This document shows positions 41,067 through 51,606 of a DNA stretch of 64,000 bases, one piece after another. A program made the translations under genes and the position numbers. The stretch is taken from positions 10,773-74,772 of the forward strand of contig CBDBND010000012.1 in the NCBI GenBank assembly GCA_965207985.1. The letters are read 5' to 3'. This stretch comes from Rhodospirillaceae bacterium (GTDB lineage Bacteria; Pseudomonadota; Alphaproteobacteria; Rhodospirillales; Rhodospirillaceae). The notes under the pieces are model-generated. The model was not told where the DNA came from, ran no database searches, and was given only the letters and a program-made list of their open reading frames with translations. Position 1 is the stretch's first letter. Each line of letters starts with the position of its first letter.

Positions 41067-42194
41067 TTATAACTGGAGGATGTCGTTCCAGGTCACAAAG
41101 ACCATCAACGACAAAACCAGAACCAAACCAAAGCGCAGTCCCCATTCCTGTGCTTGATCTGACAGCGGCCGGCCCAAAACGGCTTCGATCGCGTAAAACA
41201 ACAGGTGTCCACCGTCGAGCAGTGGAATGGGGAACAGATTTATGATGCCAAGATTGATCGACAAAATGGCCATGAAGATCACGAAATTAACCAGGCCGGA
41301 CGCGGCCGCCTGGCCGGAAAACTTGGCAATGCGGATGGGCCCGCCAAGATCTTCTGTGCCGCGGTCACCGGAAATGATTTGGCCAACGGCAATGAATGTG
41401 CCTTCCACGACCACGTAGGTTTGCTGTATGGCCAGCCCGAATGCGGTCACTGGGTTGTGACGCACCAGCGTCCGCGTTTCACCGGACGAGGCCACACCGA
41501 GCAACGCCCGTTTTTGTTGATTGCCGAAAGCGTCTGTCTCATCCACCACCCGCGGAACAGCAACCACATCTAAAATGTCGTCACCGCGCAGAATGGTCAG
41601 ACGCATGGGCGCGCCATTGCCCAGCGGCACAATCCGCTGAAGATCTTCAAAGCGGTCAATGTCCTCGCCGTCAATGGCAAGAATACGGTCGCCGGCCTGC
41701 AAACCTGCTTCAGCCGCCGCACTGTCCTCAACTACCTGACCAATAACCGGCTCTGTTACAGGGCGTCCGACCGCCATGAACATGACGAAAAAGACGACGA
41801 CGGCAAACAGGAAGTTGACAGCGGGCCCTGCAAATACAATGGCGGACCGTTGACCCAAAGATTTGTATTTGAATGAAACCGCTTTTTCTTCGGGAGTCAT
41901 TTCAGCGGGTTCCAGTTCGGTGTCTTCATCATCCCCCGAACCCGGGTTGGCGATATCCGCCTCGCCAAACATTTTTACGTAGCCGCCGAGTGGAATAAGG
42001 CTGAACTTCCACCGTGTTCCATGACGGTCCGTATAGCCAATCAGCTCCGTGCCAAAGCCGATGGAAAAAACTTCACATCGGACATTGTTCCAACGCGCAA
42101 TGACGAAATGACCAAGCTCATGGACAAATACCATCACCGACAAAGCGATGATGAAATTGACCAAGGTGAACGAAACTCCGAGAATTTGCTCCAA
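41067..42194 (-). CDS. rseP: RIP metalloprotease (site-2 protease)
   Basis: HELGHF zinc motif, a PDZ domain, and a C-terminal LDGGH-type motif (PLLDGGHLLF). Confidence 0.93.
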   Translation of the reverse strand: MEQILGVSFTLVNFIIALSVMVFVHELGHFVIARWNNVRCEVFSIGFGTELIGYTDRHGTRWKFSLIPLGGYVKMFGEADIANPGSGDDEDTELEPAEMTPEEKAVSFKYKSLGQRSAIVFAGPAVNFLFAVVVFFVMFMAVGRPVTEPVIGQVVEDSAAAEAGLQAGDRILAIDGEDIDRFEDLQRIVPLGNGAPMRLTILRGDDILDVVAVPRVVDETDAFGNQQKRALLGVASSGETRTLVRHNPVTAFGLAIQQTYVVVEGTFIAVGQIISGDRGTEDLGGPIRIAKFSGQAAASGLVNFVIFMAILSINLGIINLFPIPLLDGGHLLFYAIEAVLGRPLSDQAQEWGLRFGLVLVLSLMVFVTWNDILQL

Positions 42195-42215
42195 AACGCC
42201 GTAATCCCTTTTCGT

Positions 42216-43391
42216 CTATTCCGCTGCCGACCCCACTGCCATCCAAGCTTCCGCTTTTCGGCGGGCGTCGGCATCCAGCGCCAGCACGTCATCGAGTCCG
42301 GCCGACTCTGCGGCGCCGCTGTGGGCGAGAATGTCTTCTACCGTCCTCGCGATGTCGAGGAAACCTATTTCCCCCTTCAAAAATCTGGCCACGGCCACCT
42401 CATTGGCGGCGTTCAGCTGGGTCGGCAAACCACCTCCATTTTGAAGCGCCTTCCGGGCCAGTTGTAACGCCGGAAAACGTTTAGAATCAGGGGCTTCGAA
42501 GGAAAGTGTCGCCACTTGGGCGAGGTCGAGACGCTCACAGGGCACCGCCATCCGCTCAGGCCAGGCCAGGGCATAAGCGATGGGTGTTCGCATATCGGGC
42601 GTACCCAGTTGGGCAAGGACGGAGCCGTCGACGTAATCGACCAGACTGTGCACCACGGATTGCGGATGAACCATGATTTCGATCCGCTCTTCGGGGATGG
42701 TGAACATATGGTGGGCTTCGATCAGTTCGAGACCTTTATTCATCATTGTGGCGGAATCGACGGAGATTTTGTCCCCCATGGACCAGTTGGGATGCGCCGT
42801 CGCTTCGGCCGGTGTTGCGTTTGCCATTCTGTCCAGCGGCCAATCGCGAAATGGTCCCCCGGATGCCGTCAAGATAATGCGTTCGATTTTGTTTATCTGA
42901 GCGGCATCGAAAACCTGAAAGATGGCACTGTGTTCGGAATCAATGGGCAAAAGTGTCGTGCCAAACTTCTGCACCGCGTTCATGAATATGGCGCCGGCAC
43001 TGACCAAACATTCTTTGTTCGCCAGGGCGACCTGACGGCCTTGGGAAACGGCGGCAAGGGTTGGCTTGAGACCGATCGCACCGACGATGGCGGACAAAAC
43101 CAGGTCAGCCGGTCGCTGGGCTGCTTCAACAAGCGCGTCCGGTCCAGCGGCCACATCGATGCCAGTCCCGTTCAGTCCTTCCTTAAGGGCATCGTATCGG
43201 TCCGCATCAGCGATAACAGCCAGGGCGGGTTTGATCTCCAGTGCCTGCGCAATGAGTGTGTCAACGTTCGACCCTGCGGTAAGAGCGACAACGTCAAAAC
43301 GGTCGCGGTTGCGCTCAACAAGATCAAGCGTATTGATCCCAACTGATCCGGTTGAGCCAAGCACCGTGATCCGTTTCGGACCGGTCACCAT
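42216..43391 (-). CDS. dxr: 1-deoxy-D-xylulose-5-phosphate reductoisomerase
   Basis: The internal ATG at 43391 gives MVTGPKRITVLGSTGSVG (NADPH motif). This start overlaps the cdsA stop. The track's start at 43451 is unlikely. Confidence 0.93.
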   Translation of the reverse strand: MVTGPKRITVLGSTGSVGINTLDLVERNRDRFDVVALTAGSNVDTLIAQALEIKPALAVIADADRYDALKEGLNGTGIDVAAGPDALVEAAQRPADLVLSAIVGAIGLKPTLAAVSQGRQVALANKECLVSAGAIFMNAVQKFGTTLLPIDSEHSAIFQVFDAAQINKIERIILTASGGPFRDWPLDRMANATPAEATAHPNWSMGDKISVDSATMMNKGLELIEAHHMFTIPEERIEIMVHPQSVVHSLVDYVDGSVLAQLGTPDMRTPIAYALAWPERMAVPCERLDLAQVATLSFEAPDSKRFPALQLARKALQNGGGLPTQLNAANEVAVARFLKGEIGFLDIARTVEDILAHSGAAESAGLDDVLALDADARRKAEAWMAVGSAAE

Positions 43392-44170
43392 GATCCAATG
43401 CCTCCGTCCTGAGCGACGCAAATCAAGGCCGTGACAGGTGCAGCCGTCCAAAGTCCGTCGAGCCGATCCATAACGCCGCCATGGCCGGGAACCCAGGTGC
43501 CGGAGTCTTTCACATCATGCTGGCGTTTGAAGCGGCTCTCCGCCAAATCGCCAAGCTGCGCAATGACAGACAACCCTGCCGCATAAGCGACGTTGGTTGC
43601 GCTGACGCCAACGCCAAGGGCTATGTTGGCCAAGCACGCCGCGACGATAGCGAGCACTATTCCGCCAATTGCTCCTGCCCAGGTTTTGTTGGGGCTGATC
43701 ACTGGCGCGAGCCGTGGTCCGCCAATCATACGGCCGACGACGTAAGCGCCGACGTCCGTGCCCCACACCACGGCAAGCAGCCAAAATATGGTATGGGCAT
43801 CACCAAATGCTTCCGCCACGACCAGACCGATTGCCGGTATGGAAGCGCATAACAGACCAGCCTGGAGGGACGAACTGGTAAATCGGCGTTCAGAACCATC
43901 GAACAGCAATAAAAGGATCCAGGACAGGGCAACAAAGATCAGAGCAACAGCGATGTTGAAAGTCGCCAAGCCAACGCATAGGACTGTGACAAAGAGGGCG
44001 ATGCCAATCCGCACTGACAAAGGGCTTCTGTCGACGATTTGGGTGAATTCCCAAAGCACCGCCGCCGCCATCAATGCGACAAGAATGTGAAACAGCGGAT
44101 ATCCGAGAAAGACCGCCGCCAAAGCGATAGGCGCAAGAACGGCGGATGAGGCAACGCGGGTCCAAAACAT
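43385..44170 (-). CDS. cdsA: Phosphatidate cytidylyltransferase
   Basis: A polytopic membrane protein with the signature ...SRFKRQHDVKDSGTWVPGHGGVMDRLD. ATG 44170 lies 7 nt after the uppS stop. Confidence 0.9.
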   Translation of the reverse strand: MFWTRVASSAVLAPIALAAVFLGYPLFHILVALMAAAVLWEFTQIVDRSPLSVRIGIALFVTVLCVGLATFNIAVALIFVALSWILLLLFDGSERRFTSSSLQAGLLCASIPAIGLVVAEAFGDAHTIFWLLAVVWGTDVGAYVVGRMIGGPRLAPVISPNKTWAGAIGGIVLAIVAACLANIALGVGVSATNVAYAAGLSVIAQLGDLAESRFKRQHDVKDSGTWVPGHGGVMDRLDGLWTAAPVTALICVAQDGGIGSW

Positions 44171-44177
44171 AAACGGT

Positions 44178-44921
44178 TCAGCCTGAAATTGCGCCGTACC
44201 GGCGTTCCCGCCGCCGGTATTCATCTACAGCTGCGTCCAGTTCCGCGGCACCGAAGTCGGGCCAGCGGGTCTCCGTAAAAACCAGCTCCGTATACGCCAA
44301 TTGCCAAAGTAAAAAGTTGCTGATGCGTTGTTCACCGGACGTGCGGATCAAAAGGTCAGGGTCGGGGATGTTCCGGGTGTAGAGCTGCTGAGAGAATAAA
44401 GTCTCGTCGATATCATCGGGCTGCAAACTGCCGTCGTGGACTTGGGCCGCCAGATGCTGAGCCGCTTCGACCAGCTCCTGCCGGCTGCCATAGCTCAACG
44501 CAATGGTCAGGATCAGACTTTCGTTGTTGCGGGTGCGTCGCTCTGCATCCTCGATCATGGCCACAGTGTCTTCGGGAAGACGGCTGCGATCCCCGATCAC
44601 CGTCAATCGCACGCCGTTTTCATCAAGCTCCTTGACGTCGTTGACCAGATAAAACCGGAGCAGCGCCATGAGATCGCGGATTTCAGATTCAGGCCGCTGC
44701 CAGTTTTCGGCCGAAAACCCAAACAAGGTGAAGTAACGGATGCCGACGTCCTTGGCCGCTCGGACCACCTGTTTAACGGCTTCCGCCCCGCGTTTGTGTC
44801 CGGCGGTGCGTGGCAATCCACGCGCCTGGGCCCACCGGCCGTTGCCGTCCATGATGATCGCCACATGGGTGGGGACTGGACCCGACCCTTCGACCGGTTT
44901 GAGCGACAGGTCTTCCATCAA
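44178..44921 (-). CDS. uppS: Undecaprenyl diphosphate synthase
   Basis: [40 protein letters not shown]. Confidence 0.95.
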   Translation of the reverse strand: MMEDLSLKPVEGSGPVPTHVAIIMDGNGRWAQARGLPRTAGHKRGAEAVKQVVRAAKDVGIRYFTLFGFSAENWQRPESEIRDLMALLRFYLVNDVKELDENGVRLTVIGDRSRLPEDTVAMIEDAERRTRNNESLILTIALSYGSRQELVEAAQHLAAQVHDGSLQPDDIDETLFSQQLYTRNIPDPDLLIRTSGEQRISNFLLWQLAYTELVFTETRWPDFGAAELDAAVDEYRRRERRYGAISG

Positions 44922-45481
44922 ACCTGCATGATCTCTTCTTGTTTGTGATGCAGCGCCTCATCGATCTTGGCAATGAAGCTGTCCGTCAATTTCTGGACTT
45001 CGTCATGATATTGGTGATGCTCGTCCTCTGATATCTCGTGTTTCTTTTCCATTTTCTTGAGCTGATCGTTGATGTCCCGGCGCACATTACGGATGGCGAT
45101 TTTTCCTTCTTCCGCATATTTGCCCGCGACTTTCTTTAGTTCCTCGCGGCGCTCTTCGTTGAGCGCGGGAATGGGGATGCGCAAGAGTTGGCCGTCGACC
45201 GCCGGGTTGAGCCCCAAATTGGATTCCCGGATGGCCTTTTCCACCGCTTTCGTCTGGCCCTTGTCCCACACCTGAACGGTGAGCATCCGGGCCTCTGGCG
45301 CGGCAATGCTGGCCACCTGGTTCAGGGGCATTTGGCTGCCGTAGGCCTCCACCGTGATGGGTTCCAAGAGGCTCACGGACGCCCGTCCGGTCCGGAGACC
45401 TCCGAACTCTTTTTTTACAACCTCTACAGTGACTTCCATCCGATGGCTGAGATCTTTCTTGAGGTCATCGAAGCCCGCCAT
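44918..45481 (-). CDS. frr: Ribosome recycling factor
   Basis: 187 aa. [25 protein letters not shown]. Confidence 0.95.
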   Translation of the reverse strand: MAGFDDLKKDLSHRMEVTVEVVKKEFGGLRTGRASVSLLEPITVEAYGSQMPLNQVASIAAPEARMLTVQVWDKGQTKAVEKAIRESNLGLNPAVDGQLLRIPIPALNEERREELKKVAGKYAEEGKIAIRNVRRDINDQLKKMEKKHEISEDEHHQYHDEVQKLTDSFIAKIDEALHHKQEEIMQV

Positions 45482-45484
45482 GGC

Positions 45485-46210
45485 TCACTCCTTTTCGCCG
45501 ATCACCGTAAACCGGCCCTCACCCTTTAATACCCGCGTCACTGACCGGTCATCATGCATATTAAAGACAACGATAGGCATCTCATTGTCCCGGGCCAAGG
45601 CAATTGCGGCGGTATCCATGACCCGCAGATCCTCGGCCAAAACTTTGTCGAAACTCAGGCGGTCGAACCGTTCCGCATCCGGATTGGCCTTGGGGTCCTC
45701 GGCATAGACGCCATCGACCTGGGTCGCTTTCAACAGAGCGTCGCAGTTCATTTCTGCCGCCCGCAAGGCCGCAGCCGTATCGGTGGTGAAATAGGGATTC
45801 CCCGTGCCGGCTGCGAATATGACCACCCGGCCTTTTTCCAGATGATGCATGGCGCGCCGGCGAATGTAGGGCTCGCACACTTCATTCATACTGATGGCCG
45901 ATTGGACCCGGGTCTGCACACCGATACTTTCCAATGCGTTTTGCACCGCCAGCGCGTTGATCACCGTCGCCAGCATGCCCATGTAGTCTGCCGATGTCCG
46001 GTCGATACCTTCCGCAGCCACCGAAACGCCGCGGAAGATGTTGCCGCCGCCGATGACCATGCAGACTTCTTTATCCATGGCGATAACCGACTTGATATCG
46101 TTGGCAATGGCCAGAACCGTTGCCTTGTGGAGACCATAGGGCTCCGGCCCCATGAGCCCTTCCCCCGACACCTTGACCATGATGCGTTTGTAGCTGAGCG
46201 GCGACGCCAT
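45485..46210 (-). CDS. pyrH: UMP kinase
   Basis: [21 protein letters not shown], and an FTTD-type motif ([13 protein letters not shown]). ATG 46210 is preferred over the track's TTG at 46237. Confidence 0.93.
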   Translation of the reverse strand: MASPLSYKRIMVKVSGEGLMGPEPYGLHKATVLAIANDIKSVIAMDKEVCMVIGGGNIFRGVSVAAEGIDRTSADYMGMLATVINALAVQNALESIGVQTRVQSAISMNEVCEPYIRRRAMHHLEKGRVVIFAAGTGNPYFTTDTAAALRAAEMNCDALLKATQVDGVYAEDPKANPDAERFDRLSFDKVLAEDLRVMDTAAIALARDNEMPIVVFNMHDDRSVTRVLKGEGRFTVIGEKE

Positions 46211-46286
46211 AACCCGATCTAACTCCCCAGTCCTCAACCGTGGCGGCCAATCCCTCGGATCCTGCCCGACTGAGATGTTTCAGGCG

Positions 46287-46310
46287 AAAAAAGGGACGGT
46301 CCTCCGTCCC
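46287..46310 (-). terminator. Rho-independent terminator after tsf
   Basis: On the minus strand, GGGACGG-AGGA-CCGTCCC is followed by TTTTTT. Confidence 0.8.
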
Positions 46311-46411
46311 CCTTTCGCCTGGACCGCGCGAAGCGACCCGGATGATACACAAAATGACCCCTAAACGCCCGTGTCTTTTAGCTTTTTTGAGCGAACCGGA
46401 GGGCGCGGATG

Positions 46412-47341
46412 TCAGCCGCCCACCGCCTCGGCCACCTCCGCGGCGAAGTCCTTTTCTTCCCGTTCGATGCCTTCTCCGAGTGCAAACCGGACAAAGCCCG
46501 TCACTTTGATATCTGCCCCAATATCTTTGGCGGCCGCTTCAATGGCTTTGGCCACCTTGGTTTTGTCCTCGGAAATCACATAGATCTGCTCGAGCAAAAC
46601 CACCTCCTCGAAGAACTTGCGCATGCGGCCGTCCACCATCTTGGCGATGACATCGTCCGGGCGCCCTGATTCCTTGGCCTGATCGGTCAAAACCTGCCGT
46701 TCACGCGCCTGCGTGTCGGCGTCCACATCGCCGGTGGAGAGAAAGCGTGGACTGGCCGCGGCGATATGCATAGCAAGCTGTTTACCGAACGCGCCCAGCT
46801 TGGTCTGGTCCCCTTCTGACTCCAGTCCCACCAGCACGCCGATCTTGCCCAGGCCGGGCTTGACCGCTGAATGCATATAGGAGGCGACAACGCCGGAATT
46901 GACCGAAACGGCGTCGGCCCGCCGGAGCTGCATGTTCTCGCTGATGGTGGCGACCAAATGGGTGACCTGATCCTGCACATTGCGGCCTTCGCCCGGCACG
47001 TCGGTGGTTTTGAGCGCGTCCAGGTCCCCACCGGTACCAAGCGCCAGTTGCGTTGCCGCTTCGACAAAGGCCTGAAAGGTCTCGTTGCGGGCGACGAAGT
47101 CCGTCTCGGCGTTGATTTCCAGAATGGCGCCTTTGGTGCCGTCGACAGTCACACCGACAAGCCCTTCGGCCGCCACCCGGCCCGACTTCTTGGCCGCAGC
47201 GGACAGGCCCTTTTTGCGCAGCCAATCGACGGCGGCTTCTATATCGCCGTCGGATTCCGTCAGCGCGGTTTTGCAATCCATCATGCCCGCGCCTGATTTT
47301 TCTCTCAGCTCCTTAACCAGAGCCGCCGTTACTTGTGCCAT
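46412..47341 (-). CDS. tsf: Elongation factor Ts
   Basis: [19 protein letters not shown] at the N-terminus. 309 aa. Confidence 0.95.
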   Translation of the reverse strand: MAQVTAALVKELREKSGAGMMDCKTALTESDGDIEAAVDWLRKKGLSAAAKKSGRVAAEGLVGVTVDGTKGAILEINAETDFVARNETFQAFVEAATQLALGTGGDLDALKTTDVPGEGRNVQDQVTHLVATISENMQLRRADAVSVNSGVVASYMHSAVKPGLGKIGVLVGLESEGDQTKLGAFGKQLAMHIAAASPRFLSTGDVDADTQARERQVLTDQAKESGRPDDVIAKMVDGRMRKFFEEVVLLEQIYVISEDKTKVAKAIEAAAKDIGADIKVTGFVRFALGEGIEREEKDFAAEVAEAVGG

Positions 47342-47433
47342 CTCAAACTCATCCTCGTCTCAACAAACCGGTCGGCGCGACGCATAATCGCTTCGGTCTT
47401 TTATGCAAATTTGAACTTTTACCGATCGAAAGT

Positions 47434-48561
47434 TCAGGATTTCTTGGCCGCCGCCTTTTTGGCTGTTGCCTTCTTTTTGGCAGGCGCCTTTTTCGTTGTC
47501 GCGGCCTTCTTGGTTGCCGCTTTTTTCTTGGCAGCGGGCTTTTTAGCCGCCGGCTTCTTGTCCTCTTCCTTGTCCGCTTTGGGTTCGGGCTTGGCTTTCG
47601 GTGCTGCCTCTTCAGGTTTGGCCTCGGTTTTGGACTCAACAGCGACCGCCGCTGCCGCCAGGGCAGCCTGCATGCCGGTTGCCGGCTCTTCCTGTGACTG
47701 CAATTCAGCGACCTTTTCAAGAACCTCGGCCGTTTCCTCTGCCGACGCTCCTTCGGCGGTTTCCTCTGATGCCGCTTCGGCAGCGGATTCTTCTTCAGCG
47801 GCCTCCGCCGGCAATTCCTCGGTCGGAGCCTTCTCCTGGGCGCCGAGATCGACCCCGGCCGCCTTCATTTCATCCTGGATGCCTTCAAGCGCCGAATTGG
47901 CCATCAATTCGAGATAGAGCTTGATGGCGCGAATGGCATCGTCGTTGCCGGGAACGGGATAGTCGATGCCGGCGGGATCTGAGTTGCTGTCGAGAACGCC
48001 GACCACGGGAATGCCCAGCTTGTTGGCTTCGGCGACGGCGATGTCCTCTTTGTTGGTGTCGACCACGAAAACCAGGTCGGGCAGCGACCCCATGTCCTTG
48101 ATGCCGCCGAGGGCCTGCTCCAGTTTGGTTTTTTCCCGCTCGAGATTGAGCTGTTCCTTTTTGGTCAGACCGGCAAGGCCGTCTTCGCTGGCAAAGCGCT
48201 CTTCCAGATCCTTCAAGCGTTTGATGGATTTGGAAATGGTTTTCCAGTTGGTCAGCATGCCGCCGAGCCAACGGTGATTGACGTAGTACTGGCCGCAGCG
48301 CTCGGCGTATTCCCTGACCAGGTCATGGGCCTGACGCTTGGTGCCGACAAACAGAACCCGGCCCCCTTCGGCGACGGCGTCGTGCACCGCCTGCATGGCC
48401 CGGTGCAACAGCGGCACAGTCTGCTGCAGATCGATGATGTGAATGCCGTCGCGGACACCGAAGAGGTAAGAGTCCATCTTCGGATTCCAGCGGCGGGTGT
48501 TGTGGCCGAAATGACAACCAGCCTCGATAAGCTGGCGCATGCTGAACGTGGGCAGCGACAT
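47434..48561 (-). CDS. rpsB: 30S ribosomal protein S2 with a ~136-aa acidic then Lys/Ala-rich C-terminal extension
   Basis: GGAGAA precedes ATG 48561. The S2 core is [13 protein letters not shown]...VVDTNKE. The tail covers 47437-47844 and ends [40 protein letters not shown]. Confidence 0.93.
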   Translation of the reverse strand: MSLPTFSMRQLIEAGCHFGHNTRRWNPKMDSYLFGVRDGIHIIDLQQTVPLLHRAMQAVHDAVAEGGRVLFVGTKRQAHDLVREYAERCGQYYVNHRWLGGMLTNWKTISKSIKRLKDLEERFASEDGLAGLTKKEQLNLEREKTKLEQALGGIKDMGSLPDLVFVVDTNKEDIAVAEANKLGIPVVGVLDSNSDPAGIDYPVPGNDDAIRAIKLYLELMANSALEGIQDEMKAAGVDLGAQEKAPTEELPAEAAEEESAAEAASEETAEGASAEETAEVLEKVAELQSQEEPATGMQAALAAAAVAVESKTEAKPEEAAPKAKPEPKADKEEDKKPAAKKPAAKKKAATKKAATTKKAPAKKKATAKKAAAKKS

Positions 48562-48735
48562 AGTCGTTCTCCGGTTAAGCCTCTGCAGGGGGTGACCGGA
48601 GCCCCTGCCCCGGACCGGATCGACCCACCGGAACTCCCGGCGGCCGCATCCCTGCATGTGGAATGCCGCGGTTTCTAAGGGGTTAGGCGCGGAATTGCAA
48701 GGGCCGAAATGGGAACCGGAAAGGCCAGGGCAGGA

Positions 48736-49273
48736 CTATTGCCCGCCGCCGCTCTCCAGCAACTCCCGCACCCGGGGTTCGAAGCCGGTCAGGCCCGTGG
48801 ACCGGCCCACCACCAGGGCGTCGTCGATGGATTGGCCGTCGATGTAGTGAGCGCCGAGCGCATGAATGGCCCCCACCCGGTTGCCGCTACCACAATGGAC
48901 CAGCACCGGCGCGGTGGTCTGATTGATGGCAGCGCGCAGATGCATGGCCGTGGTTGCGTCCAGGCCAGCCCCAGTGCTGACCGGAATTCTGACATAAAGT
49001 CATACCCAGATCTGCCACTGCCGTCGGCTGGTCGTAGCCCGTGTCTTCCTCGGGCAGCCGCAAACTGATGATGGTGCCGAAGCCCAGCTCTTTCAGGGTG
49101 GCGAGATCGTCCGGCGTCGGCTGCCCACCGGTGAGCACACGGCCTTCCGCGTTTTGCGGATTAGTGAGAGAGAGTTGGGCCAGGTCTGCTTCGGCAAGGA
49201 TTGCGTCGACCGAGCCACTGCTCGCACAGGCGGAAAGGGCAACCAGAACAAAAGGAACAAGGCACTTATTCAT
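48736..49273 (-). pseudogene. DUF442-type (Cys-phosphatase-fold) lipoprotein, frameshifted
   Basis: The N-terminal frame has lipobox LSAC and ...GQPTPDDLATLKELGFGTIISLR...ADLGM. After a 1-nt shift near 48995-49003, it continues LYVRIPVS...APVLVHCGSGNRVG. Confidence 0.6.
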
Positions 49274-49275
49274 TG

Positions 49276-49977
49276 TTAGAGACTACCCAGGCAGCTGGAC
49301 GACCAGCAAATGACAACGCAAACACTACCACCGTCGTTGGTGGTTGACCCTCCTAGGGCACTCCCGGCCGGGCATTCAATGGTCAAATCGGAATCCGTAT
49401 TATTACCAGGCGTTGCGCCGCTGCCGGTTGTTAGTGTGGAACTGTCCACGTCCACATGGGCAAAAGCTGAGCCGCCGCCACCGACACCCGCACCTGGGCC
49501 GGTACCGTCGTTGCCATTCAGGCATCCGACATCAGGGTCCGTTAAGCCAATTTGTTCGTTGGACGTGCTCGCCGCCGTCGTGCTGGGGCAGATTCCCGAT
49601 CCATTTTGCGCCGTATCACCGCCCCCAGCGCCTCCAATGTGCAAAGCCGGCCCACCAGCCCCACCTCCGCCGCCAGCAACGAGAACCGTTGTGCTGCCAA
49701 GCTGGATGCCGGTGCCACCACCTCCGCCAGCACCCCACATTTTGACCCGCACCTGCGGGACATCGAGAGGCAATTCTATAGAGGGCGTTCCACTGTCATA
49801 AACACAAGCAAAAGGATCGGTGTGGGTATCATTGCCCGGGCAGACATCCGACGCTTGGCTTTGGAAGGGGGAAAGAAAGCCGACGAAATCGGAATTGGTG
49901 AAACTTGTTATATCTTCCCCAGACGCCGAATCCGTTGCCGAGGTGGAGCCAAAATTATCCTCAAAACCATACTGCAT
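49276..49977 (-). CDS. Glycine-rich-domain protein (bacterial ALK-GRD-like family)
   Basis: VRVKMWGAGGGGGTG...VAGGGGGAGG...GGAGGG blocks. There is no signal peptide and no obvious RBS. The start lies 44 bp from an IS end, so the gene may be 5'-truncated. Confidence 0.5.
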   Translation of the reverse strand: MQYGFEDNFGSTSATDSASGEDITSFTNSDFVGFLSPFQSQASDVCPGNDTHTDPFACVYDSGTPSIELPLDVPQVRVKMWGAGGGGGTGIQLGSTTVLVAGGGGGAGGPALHIGGAGGGDTAQNGSGICPSTTAASTSNEQIGLTDPDVGCLNGNDGTGPGAGVGGGGSAFAHVDVDSSTLTTGSGATPGNNTDSDLTIECPAGSALGGSTTNDGGSVCVVICWSSSCLGSL

Positions 49978-50020
49978 ATATAGGTTTGTCGAACTGCTAG
50001 AGACGCGGGAGGTGTAATTA

Positions 50021-51606
50021 GTCGATCCTGAAAGACGCGGAGATTCTCTGTAATAGACTGTTATTGCGGATCAATTTTGTTGGCAATGGTGGTTCGGAAT
50101 CGCCGGATTTTCTATACTGCAAGGCCGGTTCCTTGCAATTTCCGGATCAAAAAATGCGCCCCACATCAGCCGCCCCACATCAGCCAATGACGTCCCTTCT
50201 TTAGATCTCTTCCGCACCGCGCTTGAGAACATTCTCGATCAACGGCACGAACTTTATCGGCTCACCGAGTTGATCGATTGGCAGGGTTTTGATGAGGCGT
50301 TTGGTGTCTTGTATTGCCCTGACAACGGCTGCCCGGCCAAAGCGACGCGGCTGATGGTGGGGCTTCAATATCTCAAGCACGTGTATGGTCTGTCCGATGA
50401 CCAGGTGGTGATGCGCTGGGTGGAGAACCCTTACTGGCAGCATTTTTGCGGCGAGGTGTATTTTCAGCATCACCCGCCGATTGATCCCAGCAGCATGTCG
50501 CGTTTCAGACGGCGCATTGGCCATTCAGGGTGCGAGAAAATTCTGCGGGCCACAGTTGATGCGGGTGTTCGGAGCAAGACGGTCAAACCCGACGACTTCA
50601 AGCGTGTGACGGTGGATACCACGGTGCAGGAGAAGGCGGTGGCCTTTCCCACCGACAGCAAATTGCTGAACCGTTCGCGTGTGCGTCTTGTCAAGCTGTG
50701 CCACACACACGGTGTGGTGTTGCGGCAGAGCTACGCCCGTAAGGGCCCTGAGGCGCTGTTGCGGGCCAACCGTTATGGTCACGTCCGGCAGATGAGGCGC
50801 ATGGGTGGTCAGATTAAGAAGCTCAAGACCTATCTGGGCCGGGTGGTGCGTGACACGGAGCGCAAGATCGCGGGCCATAAGGGGTTGCAGGCGATTTTTG
50901 CCGGGGAGTTGGCGCTGGCCAGGCGGCTGCTCAGTCAACAGAAGATGGATCGCAACAAACTGTATAGCCTGCATGCCCCGGAGGTGGAGTGCATCGGCAA
51001 GGGCAAGGCCCACAAGCGTTATGAGTTTGGTGTCAAGGCCAGTATTGCAACGACAAACAGGAGCAACTTTATCGTTGGCGGCATGGCGTTGCCGGGGAAT
51101 CCCTTTGATGGGCATACATTGCCAACAGCGTTGGAGCAGGTGCGCCGTTTGACAGGCTGTGTGGTTGAAGAAGTGTTTGTGGATCGTGGCTACCGTGGCC
51201 ATGGCGAGGAAGCATCAAGGGTGTACATCTCGGGTCAACGGCGTGGCATAAAAACACAACGGCTGAAACGGTCACTGAAACGGCGTCAGGCGATTGAACC
51301 GGTTATCGGCCATCTGAAATCGGATGGACTGTTGGGACGCAATTACCTCAAGGGTACTGAAGGTGATCGCATGAATGTGGCACTGGCCTGTGCCGGCCAT
51401 AACCTAAGACTGATCCTGAAGCGGCTCAGAATTTATTGCGCCCGCATTTTGGGCGCTACGTTGCTCCGGGACATGATCGGATTGCATGGAACGCGTCTTG
51501 CGGCGTCAATCATCCGATGGAAGCGACGGATGGCGTGGCAGACTGAACCTAACAGCACACATCTAACGCTCGTAGTGGTATGAAAAACGGGTTTTTCAGG
51601 ATCGAC
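50021..51606 (+). mobile_element. IS5-family insertion sequence (about 1.59 kb) with a disrupted transposase start
   Basis: The inverted repeats are GTCGATCCTGAAAGAC (left) and GTCGATCCTGAAAAAC (reverse complement of the right end). The flanks are TTA and TAA. The transposase spans 50154-51583 (DLFRTALENILDQRHELYRL..., DDE core) and is frameshifted by a 14-bp duplication. Confidence 0.8.
50157..50184 (+). repeat. Perfect 14-bp tandem duplication (CGCCCCACATCAGC x2)
   Basis: The units are at 50157-50170 and 50171-50184, directly after ATG 50154. Confidence 0.9.

Noticed and set aside
47333-47924. Plus-strand and off-frame ORFs with low-complexity Ala/Phe/Leu or Arg/Lys-rich translations.
   Set aside because: They are antisense or off-frame readings of the repetitive rpsB tail. 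There is no independent coding signal.
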